Origin: Minisyncoccia bacterium
Lineage (GTDB): Bacteria; Patescibacteriota; Minisyncoccia; UBA6257; 2-01-FULL-56-20
Reading direction: 5' to 3'
Assembly (NCBI GenBank): GCA_049997875.1
Contig: JBEKRC010000001.1
Coordinates: 108,609 to 172,608, forward strand
DNA length: 64,000 nucleotides
In this document: positions 53,967-63,654 of the stretch, in pieces
How positions within the stretch are numbered: position 1 is the first letter of the stretch
Layout: each line of letters starts with the position of its first letter
Notes under the pieces: model-generated
What the model was told of the DNA's origin: nothing
Seen by the model: the letters and a program-made list of their open reading frames with translations, nothing else
The model's database searches: none
Made by a program: the position numbers and the translations under genes

Positions 53967-54003
53967 TGCATTACCATCATAGCGCTTGTTAAAATCAATG
54001 GGA

Positions 54004-55686
54004 ATGGCTGACCTCACGCAAGACAACCTTCAAACGAGACTGACGAAGCTCCGGCGCGAGGGCGAAGAACGCGCCGCGGAGCGGCTCGCGAAAAAGCTCG
54101 GCCTCCCTTACGTGGACGTCGCCAAGATGCCGGTTTCGCTTGACGCGGTGAAGATTATCCCGGAGGACAAGGCGCGAAAGGCCCGGGTGGCGAGCATTGA
54201 GTTGAGATCAAAAAAGCTAGCCGTGGCGGTAGTGGACCCCGAGTTTTCCGCGGCGAAGGTGCTTATTGCGGAATTGAAGGCGGAGCAATACGAGGTGAAA
54301 ATGTTTGTGGCGTCCCCTTCCGGTTTGGAAGTGGCATGGCAGTTGTATAAATTCGTAAAACCGGCGTCCGCGGGGATTACTGGCAAAGTGGTCATTACCG
54401 AAAAGAGGATCAAAGAGCTCACGGAGCGCCTTGCGAACCTGGATGCCATTCGCAAAGAATTTGCCGGGCTGGATTTTGAAAACGTATCGCCGGTCGCGAT
54501 AATTGAAATTATACTCGGGGGGGCGCTTACGATGCGCACGTCGGACATTCACACAGAAGCGGGGGAAAAAGCGGCGAAGATCCGTTTCCGGATAGACGGC
54601 ATCCTCCATGATGTCTTTGATGGCATACCGTTCCGCGCCTACCACGCGCTCGTATCGCGCATTAAACTTCTTTCGGAAATGAAGCTTAATGTCCGCGACG
54701 AAGCACAGGATGGAAGGTTCACGATTGTCATCGCGGGGAAGGAGGTGGAGATGCGTGTGGCGTTGATGCCCGCCGAATTCGGCGAAGCCATCGTTATGAG
54801 GATCCTCGATCCATCCGCGACGAAGGTCGGGCTTCCGGACCTCGGGCTTCGTGAAGATAACCTGACGCTCGTCACGCGCGAACTCGCCCGTCCGAACGGG
54901 CTCATCCTGAACACCGGGCCCACGGGCTCCGGGAAAACGACGACGCTCTATGCGTTCCTCCGCACGCTGAACAGCCCCGACATCAAGATCATCACGCTGG
55001 AAGACCCCATTGAGTACCGCATTGAAGGGATTGAGCAGACGCAGGTGAACGACGAATCGGGATATACCTTCGCAAGCGGTCTCCGCGCCATTGTCCGGCA
55101 GGACCCCGACGTGATCCTCGTGGGGGAGGTGCGTGACCTTGAGACGGCAGACATCGCTATGCAGGCGGCGCTTACGGGCCACATGGTGCTTTCCACGCTC
55201 CACACAAACGATGCGGTGGGCGCCGTGCCGCGGCTCATCAATCTTGGCGTGAAGGCAGTAAGCATCGGACCGGCGCTCACGCTCGCGATTGCGCAGCGCT
55301 TGGTGCGCGTGCTCTGTCCTGACTGTAAAAAACGCGCGGAGCCGGACGATGCGCTCAAGGCGAGGATTAAAAAATTCCTTGACGGATTGCCGGCCAAGGT
55401 GGATAAATCAAAATACCAGAATTATTCGGTGTACGAGGCCGCGGGCTGTACAAAGTGCAACGGCATCGGGTATAAAGGTCGGGTAGGGATCTTTGAATTT
55501 TTGGAAGGAGGGCCGGACCTTGAGACGACGATCCTTAAGGAAGCGTCGGAGGTCGCGCTTCGCGCGGTGGCCGAACGGCAGGAAATGGTCACCATGCAGC
55601 AAGATGGCATTCTGAAGGTACTTGAAGGGAAGACGACGTGGAGCGAGGTCACAAGTGTGACCGGTCAAATAGAATGGGCGGGGTAG
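54004..55686 (+). CDS. pilB: Type IV pilus assembly / type II secretion ATPase, GspE/PilB family
   Basis: N-terminal GspE_N-like domain, Walker A NTGPTGSGKTTTL, Asp/His boxes, and a tetracysteine motif (CPDC...CTKC). The start is uncertain (54004 chosen rather than 53986, which collides with the yebC start). Confidence 0.8.
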   Translation: MADLTQDNLQTRLTKLRREGEERAAERLAKKLGLPYVDVAKMPVSLDAVKIIPEDKARKARVASIELRSKKLAVAVVDPEFSAAKVLIAELKAEQYEVKMFVASPSGLEVAWQLYKFVKPASAGITGKVVITEKRIKELTERLANLDAIRKEFAGLDFENVSPVAIIEIILGGALTMRTSDIHTEAGEKAAKIRFRIDGILHDVFDGIPFRAYHALVSRIKLLSEMKLNVRDEAQDGRFTIVIAGKEVEMRVALMPAEFGEAIVMRILDPSATKVGLPDLGLREDNLTLVTRELARPNGLILNTGPTGSGKTTTLYAFLRTLNSPDIKIITLEDPIEYRIEGIEQTQVNDESGYTFASGLRAIVRQDPDVILVGEVRDLETADIAMQAALTGHMVLSTLHTNDAVGAVPRLINLGVKAVSIGPALTLAIAQRLVRVLCPDCKKRAEPDDALKARIKKFLDGLPAKVDKSKYQNYSVYEAAGCTKCNGIGYKGRVGIFEFLEGGPDLETTILKEASEVALRAVAERQEMVTMQQDGILKVLEGKTTWSEVTSVTGQIEWAG

Positions 55687-55910
55687 CTGACTCAAACCTG
55701 GGGGCAAATTCCTCGTGAAAGGACTTGAAACCCTTCTATCCGGAGATAAAAGGGACTAGAATTACTCAAAGGAGAGAACCAGCCGGAACCGGTTCATCCT
55801 GAAATTTTAGAAATAATTCCCGCCCCCAGATTTGAATCAGTTACAGAGCGCTGGTGATATGTTAGCATATAACCATTTCTTTGTCAAGTACCCCTACATT
55901 GCGAACTTTT

Positions 55911-56912
55911 ATGAAGAAAACAAACGGCAATTTCGGCAAGGACGACCTTACCATTGACCTCACGCTCCGTCCCAAAAGCTGGGACGAGTACGTTGGGCAG
56001 GAAAAAATTAAAAGGAACCTGCGCGTGATTCTTGAAGCCGCGAAGAAGCGCAACGAGGCCGCCGACCATCTTTTGTTCTCCGGTCCTGCGGGGCTCGGGA
56101 AGACCACGCTCGCATATCTCGTTGCCAGCGAGCTCGGCGGCACGGTGAAAACCACTTCCGGCCCGGCGCTTGAAAAGACGGGCGACCTTGCAGCGATTCT
56201 CACCAATCTTAATCCCGGCGAAGTGCTCTTTATTGACGAAGCACATCGGGTGAATCCGATGATAGAGGAGGTACTCTATCCGGCGATGGAGTCGCGGAAA
56301 TTGCACCTCGTGGTAGGGAAGGGCCCCTCCGCACGGACGCTTTCACTTGATCTGCCGCCGTTCACGCTGATTGCCGCAACGACGCGCGAAAATCTCCTTT
56401 CCCAGCCGCTCCGGTCGCGGTTCGGCGCAACCCTGCGCCTTGGGTATTACAACGTAGATGACATCAAAAAGATACTGAACCGCTCGGCGAAAATTTTAAA
56501 TATTGCCGCAACGCCGGAAGCGATTGAGATTCTCGCAAACGCCTCCCGCGGCACGCCGCGGGTGGCGAATCGGCTCCTCCGGCGCGCCCGCGACTTCGCC
56601 GAAGTGCATGGAGAGAAAACGATTGACGGCGCAGCGGCCAGGAAGACGCTTGAGATGCTTGAAATCGACGAGGTAGGGCTTGAGCCCAATGACCGCCGCC
56701 TTTTGATGACGATCATTGAAAAATTCAGTGGTGGGCCGGTGGGGATCAACACGCTCTCCGCTGCGCTTTCTGAGGAAAAGGGTGTGATTGAAGATATTTA
56801 TGAACCGTTTTTGATGACGCTCGGCTTCCTTCAGCGCTCTTCCGCGGGCCGCATCGTGCTCCCCGCCGCTTACAAACACCTGAAGATTCGGGGCAAGGAG
56901 GAGCTGCTGTAG
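55911..56912 (+). CDS. ruvB: Holliday junction branch-migration ATPase RuvB
   Basis: LRPKSWDEYVGQEKIK..., Walker A GPAGLGKTTLA, Walker B VLFIDEAHR, and a C-terminal winged helix. The ATG at 55911 was preferred over the TTG at 55881. Confidence 0.9.
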   Translation: MKKTNGNFGKDDLTIDLTLRPKSWDEYVGQEKIKRNLRVILEAAKKRNEAADHLLFSGPAGLGKTTLAYLVASELGGTVKTTSGPALEKTGDLAAILTNLNPGEVLFIDEAHRVNPMIEEVLYPAMESRKLHLVVGKGPSARTLSLDLPPFTLIAATTRENLLSQPLRSRFGATLRLGYYNVDDIKKILNRSAKILNIAATPEAIEILANASRGTPRVANRLLRRARDFAEVHGEKTIDGAAARKTLEMLEIDEVGLEPNDRRLLMTIIEKFSGGPVGINTLSAALSEEKGVIEDIYEPFLMTLGFLQRSSAGRIVLPAAYKHLKIRGKEELL

Positions 56913-57087
56913 CCACACGCAGGTCTGCTTTGCGGAACCCTCTCCGGGCTCGCAAAAATCCGGCTCGCTCATGTACGAAAAAATGCCGCCCTGGTCACTA
57001 CTCCCGGGCACCCGGCATTTTTTCTATTCGCTCGCGGATTTTTTACTCGTCCTCCGCGCGGTTCCGCAAAGCAGACCTGCGTGTGGC
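56912..57087. repeat. Long imperfect palindrome of about 176 bp: 28-bp perfect outer arms (GCCACACGCAGGTCTGCTTTGCGGAACC ... GGTTCCGCAAAGCAGACCTGCGTGTGGC) with partially complementary inner segments (for example GAAAAAATGCCG ... CGGCATTTTTTC)
   Basis: Exact outer arms were read directly at 56912-56939 and 57060-57087. The interior is a degenerate palindrome. It sits between the ruvB stop and the LTD gene. Confidence 0.6.
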
Positions 57088-57222
57088 TGCCGTCTTTTTT
57101 AGGGTCACAAATCGCGACATAATTTTCTTCCTCAAAGAGCTTTCCCCTTCTTCAGGCGGCTCAATAATGAGTCGTCCTTATTTAACTTCTTTTTAATCTC
57201 TGGGTAGTAGGATTGTTTCTAA

Positions 57223-57795
57223 ATGGTCCTCATCAACGAATGGCTGCCGAATCCGGTAGGCGCGGACGCGGCAGGAGAGTGGGTTGAACTTTGGAACGGC
57301 GGCGGCACGGCGGTGGATTTGAAGGGGTGGGTTTTGAAAACCGAGAACGGCAAAAAATTTTCGCTCACAGGGCAGCGCATCTCCGCGCACGGCTATCTGG
57401 TGCTAAAAAGAACCGTAACGAAGCTGTCCCTGCGGAACACGGATGGGGGACTTGCGCTCTATGATGCGGGCGGCGCATTGGCGGACCGGGGGAATTTTGA
57501 CGGCAGCGCGCCGGAAGGGCAAAGCTTTTCCCGCGCCGATTACGCAATGGGACCAGCGCAGCATTTCGCATTCGCGGATCCAACGCCGGCCGCGCCGAAT
57601 GCGACCGCGCGCAGCGCGGTTGTGGTCCGCGGCTATCCCGCCGCCGTCCCGCTGAACCGCGGGTTCACAAACGCCGCATTTTCCACGATAATGGTGGGAA
57701 CTGCGGTGTTGCTCGCAGGACTCATCATTTATGCCATTAAGGCGAACGAGGACCTATCAAAGCTTTTCTTCGGAAGGGACAAAAACGCTCGGTGA
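57223..57795 (+). CDS. Lamin-tail-domain (LTD) protein with a C-terminal TM anchor
   Basis: LINEWLPNPVGADAAGEWVELWNGGGTAVDLKGWVL matches the LTD signature. A C-terminal hydrophobic helix (IMVGTAVLLAGLIIYAI) is present. Confidence 0.7.
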   Translation: MVLINEWLPNPVGADAAGEWVELWNGGGTAVDLKGWVLKTENGKKFSLTGQRISAHGYLVLKRTVTKLSLRNTDGGLALYDAGGALADRGNFDGSAPEGQSFSRADYAMGPAQHFAFADPTPAAPNATARSAVVVRGYPAAVPLNRGFTNAAFSTIMVGTAVLLAGLIIYAIKANEDLSKLFFGRDKNAR

Positions 57796-58216
57796 AGAAC
57801 TTGCGAAGAAGATATTAAAAAAAGCAGGGCGCAGGAAGAGTGCCGCAATCTTTGCGCTCAAAGGAGACCTCGGCGCCGGGAAGACAACTTTCGTGCAGGG
57901 ATTTTTTAAAGGGCTCGGCATGAAGAAGCGCGCATCAAGCCCGACCTTTGTTATTATGCGGCGCTATGCGTTGCCGCGCGTGTGTGCGCATAAAGGACTT
58001 GCAAATGTATTTCATGCGGATGCCTACCGGTTGAAAGGCGCAAAGCATTTTGCGGCGATCGGCTTTAAAGAAATTCTCGCGGACCCGCGCAACGTCGCGC
58101 TCATTGAATGGGCGGAACGCATAAAAAATATTTTGCCGAAAGACGCTGTTTGGCTCGCGTTCCGGCACGGGAAGCACGAAAACGAAAGGCATATTATGAT
58201 AAATGGTAACGCATGA
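57731..58216 (+). CDS. tsaE: tRNA threonylcarbamoyladenosine biosynthesis protein TsaE (YjeE ATPase)
   Basis: Walker A LKGDLGAGKTTFVQG and the conserved ...SPTF... and HADAYRL motifs. The annotated start overlaps the LTD gene by 65 nt, so the true start may be a downstream non-ATG codon. Confidence 0.75.
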   Translation: MPLRRTRTYQSFSSEGTKTLGEELAKKILKKAGRRKSAAIFALKGDLGAGKTTFVQGFFKGLGMKKRASSPTFVIMRRYALPRVCAHKGLANVFHADAYRLKGAKHFAAIGFKEILADPRNVALIEWAERIKNILPKDAVWLAFRHGKHENERHIMINGNA

Positions 58217-59151
58217 AAAAGCTTCTTCTTGTTGACGCGAATTCCCTTATCCACCGCTCGTTCCACGCGCTGCCGCCGTTCACGGGGCCCAAGGGCGAAC
58301 CGACCGGCGCGATCTACGGCGTCGCGAGCATCTTATTGAAGTTGTGGCGCGAGGAGAGGCCGGATTACGCAGCGGCGCTGTTTGATCGGCCGGAGCCGAC
58401 CTTTCGCGACAAAATGTATGCGGAATACAAAGCGCAACGTCCGCCCGCGCCCGATGCCCTTATCTCCCAAATTATTGAAGCGCACAAACTTTTCAGCGCG
58501 TTCGGAATACCGACGTTTGAGGTGCCGGGGTTTGAGGCGGACGATCTTATCGCCACCTTTGCCGAACATTTTAAGAAAGAGAACGACGTGCAAATTGTGA
58601 TCCTGACCGGCGATCGCGACACACTCCAACTTGTGGAGGAGGAAAAGATCGTAGTGAGGACGTTCAATAAAGGCATAAGCGACACGACGGTCTACGACGA
58701 AAAAGCGGTGCGTGAGAAGTATGGCCTCGCGCCCACACAGCTTATTGATTACAAGGCGCTTGTGGGTGATCCATCGGACAACGTGAAGGGCGTGCCGGGC
58801 GTGGGGCCGAAGACGGCCACGGAACTCCTTCAAAAGTTTGGGAGCGTGAAGGATGTATATGCACGCCTCGCGAGTGATTCAACATTGGGGAGCAAGTTAA
58901 ACACGCACAAAAAAGATATGGAGCTTTCGGAAAAGCTCGTCACGCTTGAACGTCATGTGCCGATGCAAGCGCCCGCGCTTGAATCGCTCGCCACAAAAAA
59001 AGAGCCGCCCGATGCGAGAACGTACTTTGCGGCAATGAAATTTGCGACGCTTCTCGCGCGGCTCGGCGGTACGGAGACGCCGACCGCTCTCACGGCGGCA
59101 AGAACTGCGAAACGGACGAGGGGCAATCAAGGGACGATTTTTGATATATAG
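58213..59151 (+). CDS. Stand-alone 5'-3' exonuclease (Pol I N-terminal FEN-like domain)
   Basis: LLLVDANSLIHRSFHA..., the acidic-cluster motifs (EADDLIAT; TGDRDTLQLV), and an H3TH motif (GVPGVGPKTATELL). At 312 aa there is no polymerase domain. Confidence 0.8.
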   Translation: MKKLLLVDANSLIHRSFHALPPFTGPKGEPTGAIYGVASILLKLWREERPDYAAALFDRPEPTFRDKMYAEYKAQRPPAPDALISQIIEAHKLFSAFGIPTFEVPGFEADDLIATFAEHFKKENDVQIVILTGDRDTLQLVEEEKIVVRTFNKGISDTTVYDEKAVREKYGLAPTQLIDYKALVGDPSDNVKGVPGVGPKTATELLQKFGSVKDVYARLASDSTLGSKLNTHKKDMELSEKLVTLERHVPMQAPALESLATKKEPPDARTYFAAMKFATLLARLGGTETPTALTAARTAKRTRGNQGTIFDI

Positions 59152-60507
59152 ATGTATAATAGAAAAGACTTGGACAAAGGGCTTTCAAAACTCAAAAGCA
59201 TCATAGCGCGGCAGGAGTTCCAGGTAGTTTGGATTTTGTTCGCGGTCGTCGCCGCGGCGTTCGTGCTTGATGTTGTTACCATGCCGAGCGGCTTTTTTGT
59301 GTACATGAAAGGCGGGTTGTTGCTTGTGGTCCTTACGCTCGCGGGCGCCACGGCGTACCAGGCGGCATCGGTCAGCCGGGACGCGGAAGTTGAGCGGGGC
59401 GAGCTTAAAAGCATGCTCGCAAGCATAGACGATGCCCTCATAGTTTATGACAAGGGCTTCAGGGTGAATTTTTTCAACCCGGCCGCCGAGCGCCTTTTTG
59501 AAATTCCCGCAGGCACCATCTTAGGGCACGTGCTTACGCCGCAGGACGTTGAGCGGCCCGCGTGGCGCACGTTTGTTCAGATTGTCTTTCCTTCACTCGC
59601 CCCGCGCGTCGTCGTGCGTTCGGCCGAGGGGGAGTATCCGCAGGTGGTTGATGTGTCGTTTGCGAATCCGCAGCTTGAGTTCCGCGTGACGACGGCGCCG
59701 ATCAACGGCGAGAACGGGCTGCCGTTCGGGTTTATGAAAATTGTCCGCGACCGCACCGCGCAAACTGCGGTCATGCGCTCGCAGGGCGAGTTTGTGACGG
59801 TTGCGTCCCATCAGCTCCGCGGCCCCGTCACCGACATCAATTGGGCGCTCCAATCCCTTGTCCATGCGACGGAACTTACCGAGACCAATAAGCTTATTGT
59901 GGACAACGCCCTTGCTGCGAGCCAAGGGCTCTTGCGCAGAATAGAAAACCTGCTCAACATCGCAAAGATGGAGGGAGGGCGGTTCGGCTATACGTTTCGC
60001 GAGGCGGACATTGCGGAGTTCCTCGGAAAAATTTTGGCGGATGTTTTGCCTGCTGCCCGGAAGGCAGGCGTGAAGCTGTATTTTGATCGTCCGTCGGGGA
60101 GCTTGCCCCGCGTCATGGTAGATGAGGAGCACCTTTCGCTCGCTATCGTGAACATTTTGGAAAATGCCATCCGGTACAACGTGGAAAATGGCGAGGTGAC
60201 TATAAAGGTGGATGCCATACCCGGCAGGCCGTTCCTTGAGGTTAGCGTGAAGGATACCGGCATCGGTATTCCTCCCGAGGCGGTGGGGAAGCTGTTCACC
60301 AAGTTCTATCGGGCGGACAATGCCGTAAAATTGCAAACGGAGGGATCCGGCCTCGGCCTTTGTATCACAAAGAGCATCGTGATGGCGCACGGCGGCGAAA
60401 TTTGGGTTGAATCGGAGCTCAACCGCGGCACGACGGTGCGTTTTACGCTGCCCACCGACCCGAGTTTGGTACCCCAGCACGAGGCGGGCATGGAAGAATT
60501 TTCCTGA
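59152..60507 (+). CDS. Sensor histidine kinase (2 TM, PAS-like, HisKA, HATPase_c); no response regulator adjacent
   Basis: Two N-terminal TM helices, a PAS-like region, the H-box VASHQLRGPVTDI, and N/G boxes (NILENAIRYN; DTGIGIP; GSGLGLCITKSIV). Confidence 0.8.
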   Translation: MYNRKDLDKGLSKLKSIIARQEFQVVWILFAVVAAAFVLDVVTMPSGFFVYMKGGLLLVVLTLAGATAYQAASVSRDAEVERGELKSMLASIDDALIVYDKGFRVNFFNPAAERLFEIPAGTILGHVLTPQDVERPAWRTFVQIVFPSLAPRVVVRSAEGEYPQVVDVSFANPQLEFRVTTAPINGENGLPFGFMKIVRDRTAQTAVMRSQGEFVTVASHQLRGPVTDINWALQSLVHATELTETNKLIVDNALAASQGLLRRIENLLNIAKMEGGRFGYTFREADIAEFLGKILADVLPAARKAGVKLYFDRPSGSLPRVMVDEEHLSLAIVNILENAIRYNVENGEVTIKVDAIPGRPFLEVSVKDTGIGIPPEAVGKLFTKFYRADNAVKLQTEGSGLGLCITKSIVMAHGGEIWVESELNRGTTVRFTLPTDPSLVPQHEAGMEEFS

Positions 60508-60556
60508 CACCGCTCACACACTTGCGCGGCGGCTGGAAAGCGTGCACAATCAAGAC

Positions 60557-62209
60557 ATGAAGGACGCAAAATATATTTTTGTGGTAGGCGGCGTGATGTC
60601 GGGGGTTGGCAAGGGCGTCGCTTCGGCATCCATCGGAAAGATCTTGCAGTCGCGCGGCCTTGAGGTGACCTCCGTGAAGATTGACCCTTATGTGAACGTT
60701 GACGCAGGCACCATGAACCCCACCGAGCACGGTGAGGTTTTTGTTTTGGACGACGGCACCGAGTGCGACCAGGACATGGGGAATTATGAAAGATTCCTTA
60801 ACCGCGACTTGACAGGCGCGAGCTATATGACGACAGGGAGCGTGTACCAGGCAGTGATTAACCGCGAACGGAGCATGGGGTATGGAGGGAAGTGCGTGAG
60901 CGTGGTGCCCCACATCCCGCTTGAGGTGATCGATCGGATTGAGCGCGCCGGGCATCGCGCGAAGGCGGACCTGGTTATTGTTGAAGTGGGCGGCAGCGCC
61001 GGCGAGTACGAGAACATCCTTTTCCTTGAGGCCGTCCGGATGCTTCGGATAAAAAAGCCGAAGGACGTGCTCCTTGTCCTTGTGAGTTATCTGCCTATCA
61101 TGAACGACGAGAACGAGCTCAAAACGAAGCCTACCCAGCATGCCGTGCGTGCTTTGAACTCCGTAGGGTTGCAGCCGGACATCATCCTCGCGCGCGCAAA
61201 GTATCCGCTTGACGAAAAAAGAAAGGAGAAGATCGCATTCAATTGCAGCGTCCGCAAACAGGACGTTATTTCGGCGCCGGATGCCGCGAGCTTGTACGAC
61301 GTGCCGGTAAATTTTGAAAAAGATCACCTTGGCGACCTTGTCCTTGAGAAACTTGGGTTGCGGATGCGCAAAAGGGACCTTCATGAATGGCGGCGGCTCG
61401 CGGCGCGCATCCATAATGCAAAACAGGTCGTGAAGGTCGGCATTGTGGGAAAATATTTTTCAAGCGGGAAGTTCGTCCTCGCTGATTCGTATATTTCCGT
61501 CATTGAAGCAATCAAGCATTCCGCAGCACATTGGAAGGTGAAGCCGGTCATTGAATGGTTGGAGTCGGAGCAATTTGAGAAAGGGAAGCGGGCGCTCCAG
61601 AAGCTTGATGGATACGGCGGCATCATTGTCCCCGGCGGTTTCGGAAGGCGTGGCATTGAAGGAAAGCTCGCCGCCATCCGTTATTGCCGCGAGAACAAGA
61701 TCCCGTACCTTGGGCTCTGTTACGGCATGCAGCTTGCAGTTGTGGAATTCGCACGCGACGTTCTGAAGCTCCACGGCGCGAATACGACGGAGATTGATCC
61801 GCGCACGAAATATCCCGTGATTGATATTCTGCCGGAACAAAAGAGGCTTATGGAAGAAAAAAGGTACGGGGGTACGATGCGGCTCGGCGCGTATCCGGCG
61901 GTCCTCACAAAAGGCACGATCGCGGAGGCGGCCTACGGCCGGGCAAAGATCTCCGAGCGGCACCGCCACCGCTACGAAGTGAATCCCGTCTTTATCAAAC
62001 GGTTGGAACACAAAGGGATGGTGTTTTCGGGCCAGTCGCCCGACCGGCGCCTGATGGAGGTGATGGAGCTGCCTCGCGAGAAACATCCGTTCTTTATGGG
62101 CTCGCAATTCCATCCCGAACTCAAATCACGGCCGCTTGACCCGCATCCCTTATTCCGCGAGTTCATGAAGGCCGCCGCAAAACGAAGGATCAAAGAAGGA
62201 AAATCTTGA
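60557..62209 (+). CDS. pyrG: CTP synthase
   Basis: MKDAKYIFVVGGVMSGVGKGVASASIG..., the glutamine amidotransferase motif GLCYGMQ, and the GHRHRYE motif. The internal ATG was chosen as the start over the track ORF at 60407. Confidence 0.9.
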   Translation: MKDAKYIFVVGGVMSGVGKGVASASIGKILQSRGLEVTSVKIDPYVNVDAGTMNPTEHGEVFVLDDGTECDQDMGNYERFLNRDLTGASYMTTGSVYQAVINRERSMGYGGKCVSVVPHIPLEVIDRIERAGHRAKADLVIVEVGGSAGEYENILFLEAVRMLRIKKPKDVLLVLVSYLPIMNDENELKTKPTQHAVRALNSVGLQPDIILARAKYPLDEKRKEKIAFNCSVRKQDVISAPDAASLYDVPVNFEKDHLGDLVLEKLGLRMRKRDLHEWRRLAARIHNAKQVVKVGIVGKYFSSGKFVLADSYISVIEAIKHSAAHWKVKPVIEWLESEQFEKGKRALQKLDGYGGIIVPGGFGRRGIEGKLAAIRYCRENKIPYLGLCYGMQLAVVEFARDVLKLHGANTTEIDPRTKYPVIDILPEQKRLMEEKRYGGTMRLGAYPAVLTKGTIAEAAYGRAKISERHRHRYEVNPVFIKRLEHKGMVFSGQSPDRRLMEVMELPREKHPFFMGSQFHPELKSRPLDPHPLFREFMKAAAKRRIKEGKS

Positions 62210-62210
62210 T

Positions 62211-63020
62211 TTGGCGCCGACCATGATCATATTTCTCTACGGGCCCGACGACTATCGCCGGTTCCAAAAGAAAAAAGAGATCATTGCGGAGTTCAGGAAA
62301 AAACATTCCGCGCTCGGGCTCGGTTTTTTTGATCTTGCGGCGGACGGAGCCCTTGATGACCTTTCTGAATTCGTGCGGAGCCGATCCATCTTTGCGGATG
62401 CCAAGCTCGCCGTTTTGGAAAATGTTTTTGAACTTGGCGCGGACGCGGCCGAAACATTGCTGAAGCCGCTCGCCGCGGAGAAAAGCGTTACCGCCCTCGT
62501 TTCGGGAAAAGATAAGCCCGTAAAAGCATTCGCGTTTTTGCTCGCAAAGCCGTCGCTCGCGCAGAAATTTGAAAATCTTTCGGGGGCCGCGTGGCATACC
62601 TTCGTAAGGTCAGAAGCGGAGAAGATGGGCTTGAACATAAGCGACGCCGCCGCGGCGTTTCTCGGAACAATTTACGAAGGGAACTCGTGGGCGCTTGTCA
62701 CCGAACTTCAAAAACTGTGCGCTCTCAGAGCGCTTTCCCGGCGCGAGGCTATCATTGAGAAGAAGGACCTGGACGCGCTAGACCTTGAAGCCGCGCCGAA
62801 TTATTGGGCGCTCATAAATGGCATGAAGAGCTACGATGCGCGGACCCGCCTCTCGGCGCTTGAAAATTTGTTTGCCATGAATGATCCGCCGCCGAAGATA
62901 TTCAATATCCTTGCCGCGCAGGCCGGTGAAAAGATCCCGCGCATGGCGGCGTACGATCTGGCGGTAAAATCCGGGAAGCTGGACTACGAAGAGGCCCTTC
63001 TGGATTTAATCCTCGCTTAA
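62211..63020 (+). CDS. holA: Probable DNA polymerase III delta subunit (HolA-like)
   Basis: The N-terminus IIFLYGPDDYRR resembles HolA (LYGEE). The rest is alpha-helical, at 269 aa. Weak similarity only. Confidence 0.45.
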   Translation: MAPTMIIFLYGPDDYRRFQKKKEIIAEFRKKHSALGLGFFDLAADGALDDLSEFVRSRSIFADAKLAVLENVFELGADAAETLLKPLAAEKSVTALVSGKDKPVKAFAFLLAKPSLAQKFENLSGAAWHTFVRSEAEKMGLNISDAAAAFLGTIYEGNSWALVTELQKLCALRALSRREAIIEKKDLDALDLEAAPNYWALINGMKSYDARTRLSALENLFAMNDPPPKIFNILAAQAGEKIPRMAAYDLAVKSGKLDYEEALLDLILA

Positions 63021-63043
63021 TAAGAGGTTGCTAGGATTGGGGA

Positions 63044-63577
63044 ATGCCTCTTCCTCCCGCCGGAATTCCGGCTGAAATCGTTGAGCGCCGGATTTTACTC
63101 ATCCGTGGGCGTAAGGTTATGTTAGATCGCGATTTGGCCGAACTCTACGGAGTACCCACCTTCCGGCTCAATGAAGCAGTAAAACGCAATACGCGCCGTT
63201 TTCCAGAAGATTTTATGTTCCAGCTTGTGGAAGGGGAAGTTAAATCTTTGACATCGCAATTTGCGATGTCAAAGCCGGGCCGTGGCGGTCGTCGCACGCT
63301 GCCGTATGTTTTTACGGAGCAAGGGATAGCGATGCTTTCCTCCGTTTTAAATAGCGAGAGGGCAATTGCGGTAAATATCCTTATCATGCGTGTATTTGTG
63401 AAATTGCGAGAATTAATGGCGTCGCATCAGGAACTCGCGCGCAGGGTGGAGGAACTTGAACGAAAATATAGAGCGCACGGCGAGACGATTAACGATATTT
63501 TTAGAGCGATCAAAGATCTTCTCGCGCCACCAGAGGATAAAAAAGGCGAAAAACCGATGGGATTTTTGCCGGAATAG
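63044..63577 (+). CDS. ORF6N-domain (KilA-N-related) protein, phage-associated DNA-binding family
   Basis: IRGRKVMLDRDLAELYGVPTFRLNEAVKRNTRRFPEDFMFQLVEGE closely matches the ORF6N domain consensus. The C-terminal part is coiled-coil. Confidence 0.7.
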   Translation: MPLPPAGIPAEIVERRILLIRGRKVMLDRDLAELYGVPTFRLNEAVKRNTRRFPEDFMFQLVEGEVKSLTSQFAMSKPGRGGRRTLPYVFTEQGIAMLSSVLNSERAIAVNILIMRVFVKLRELMASHQELARRVEELERKYRAHGETINDIFRAIKDLLAPPEDKKGEKPMGFLPE

Positions 63578-63589
63578 GACACAAGATCC

Positions 63590-63610
63590 AAGGTCGCGAT
63601 TTGCGACCTT
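63590..63610. terminator. Perfect 21-bp palindrome AAGGTCGCGATTTGCGACCTT between convergent genes (ORF6N plus-strand, rpsT minus-strand)
   Basis: Self-complementary sequence read directly. A second small palindrome, TCACAATTTGTGA, lies at 63632-63644. Confidence 0.4.
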
Positions 63611-63654
63611 GTTCGCCATTACAATTGGAAGTCACAATTTGTGATATCCAATTC

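Noticed and set aside
55687-55880. Possible structured RNA or inverted repeat (CCTGGGGGC ... GCCCCCAGA) in the pilB-ruvB spacer
   Set aside because: The arms are only 8/9 complementary and about 120 bp apart, with no compelling secondary structure or known RNA family recognisable by eye.
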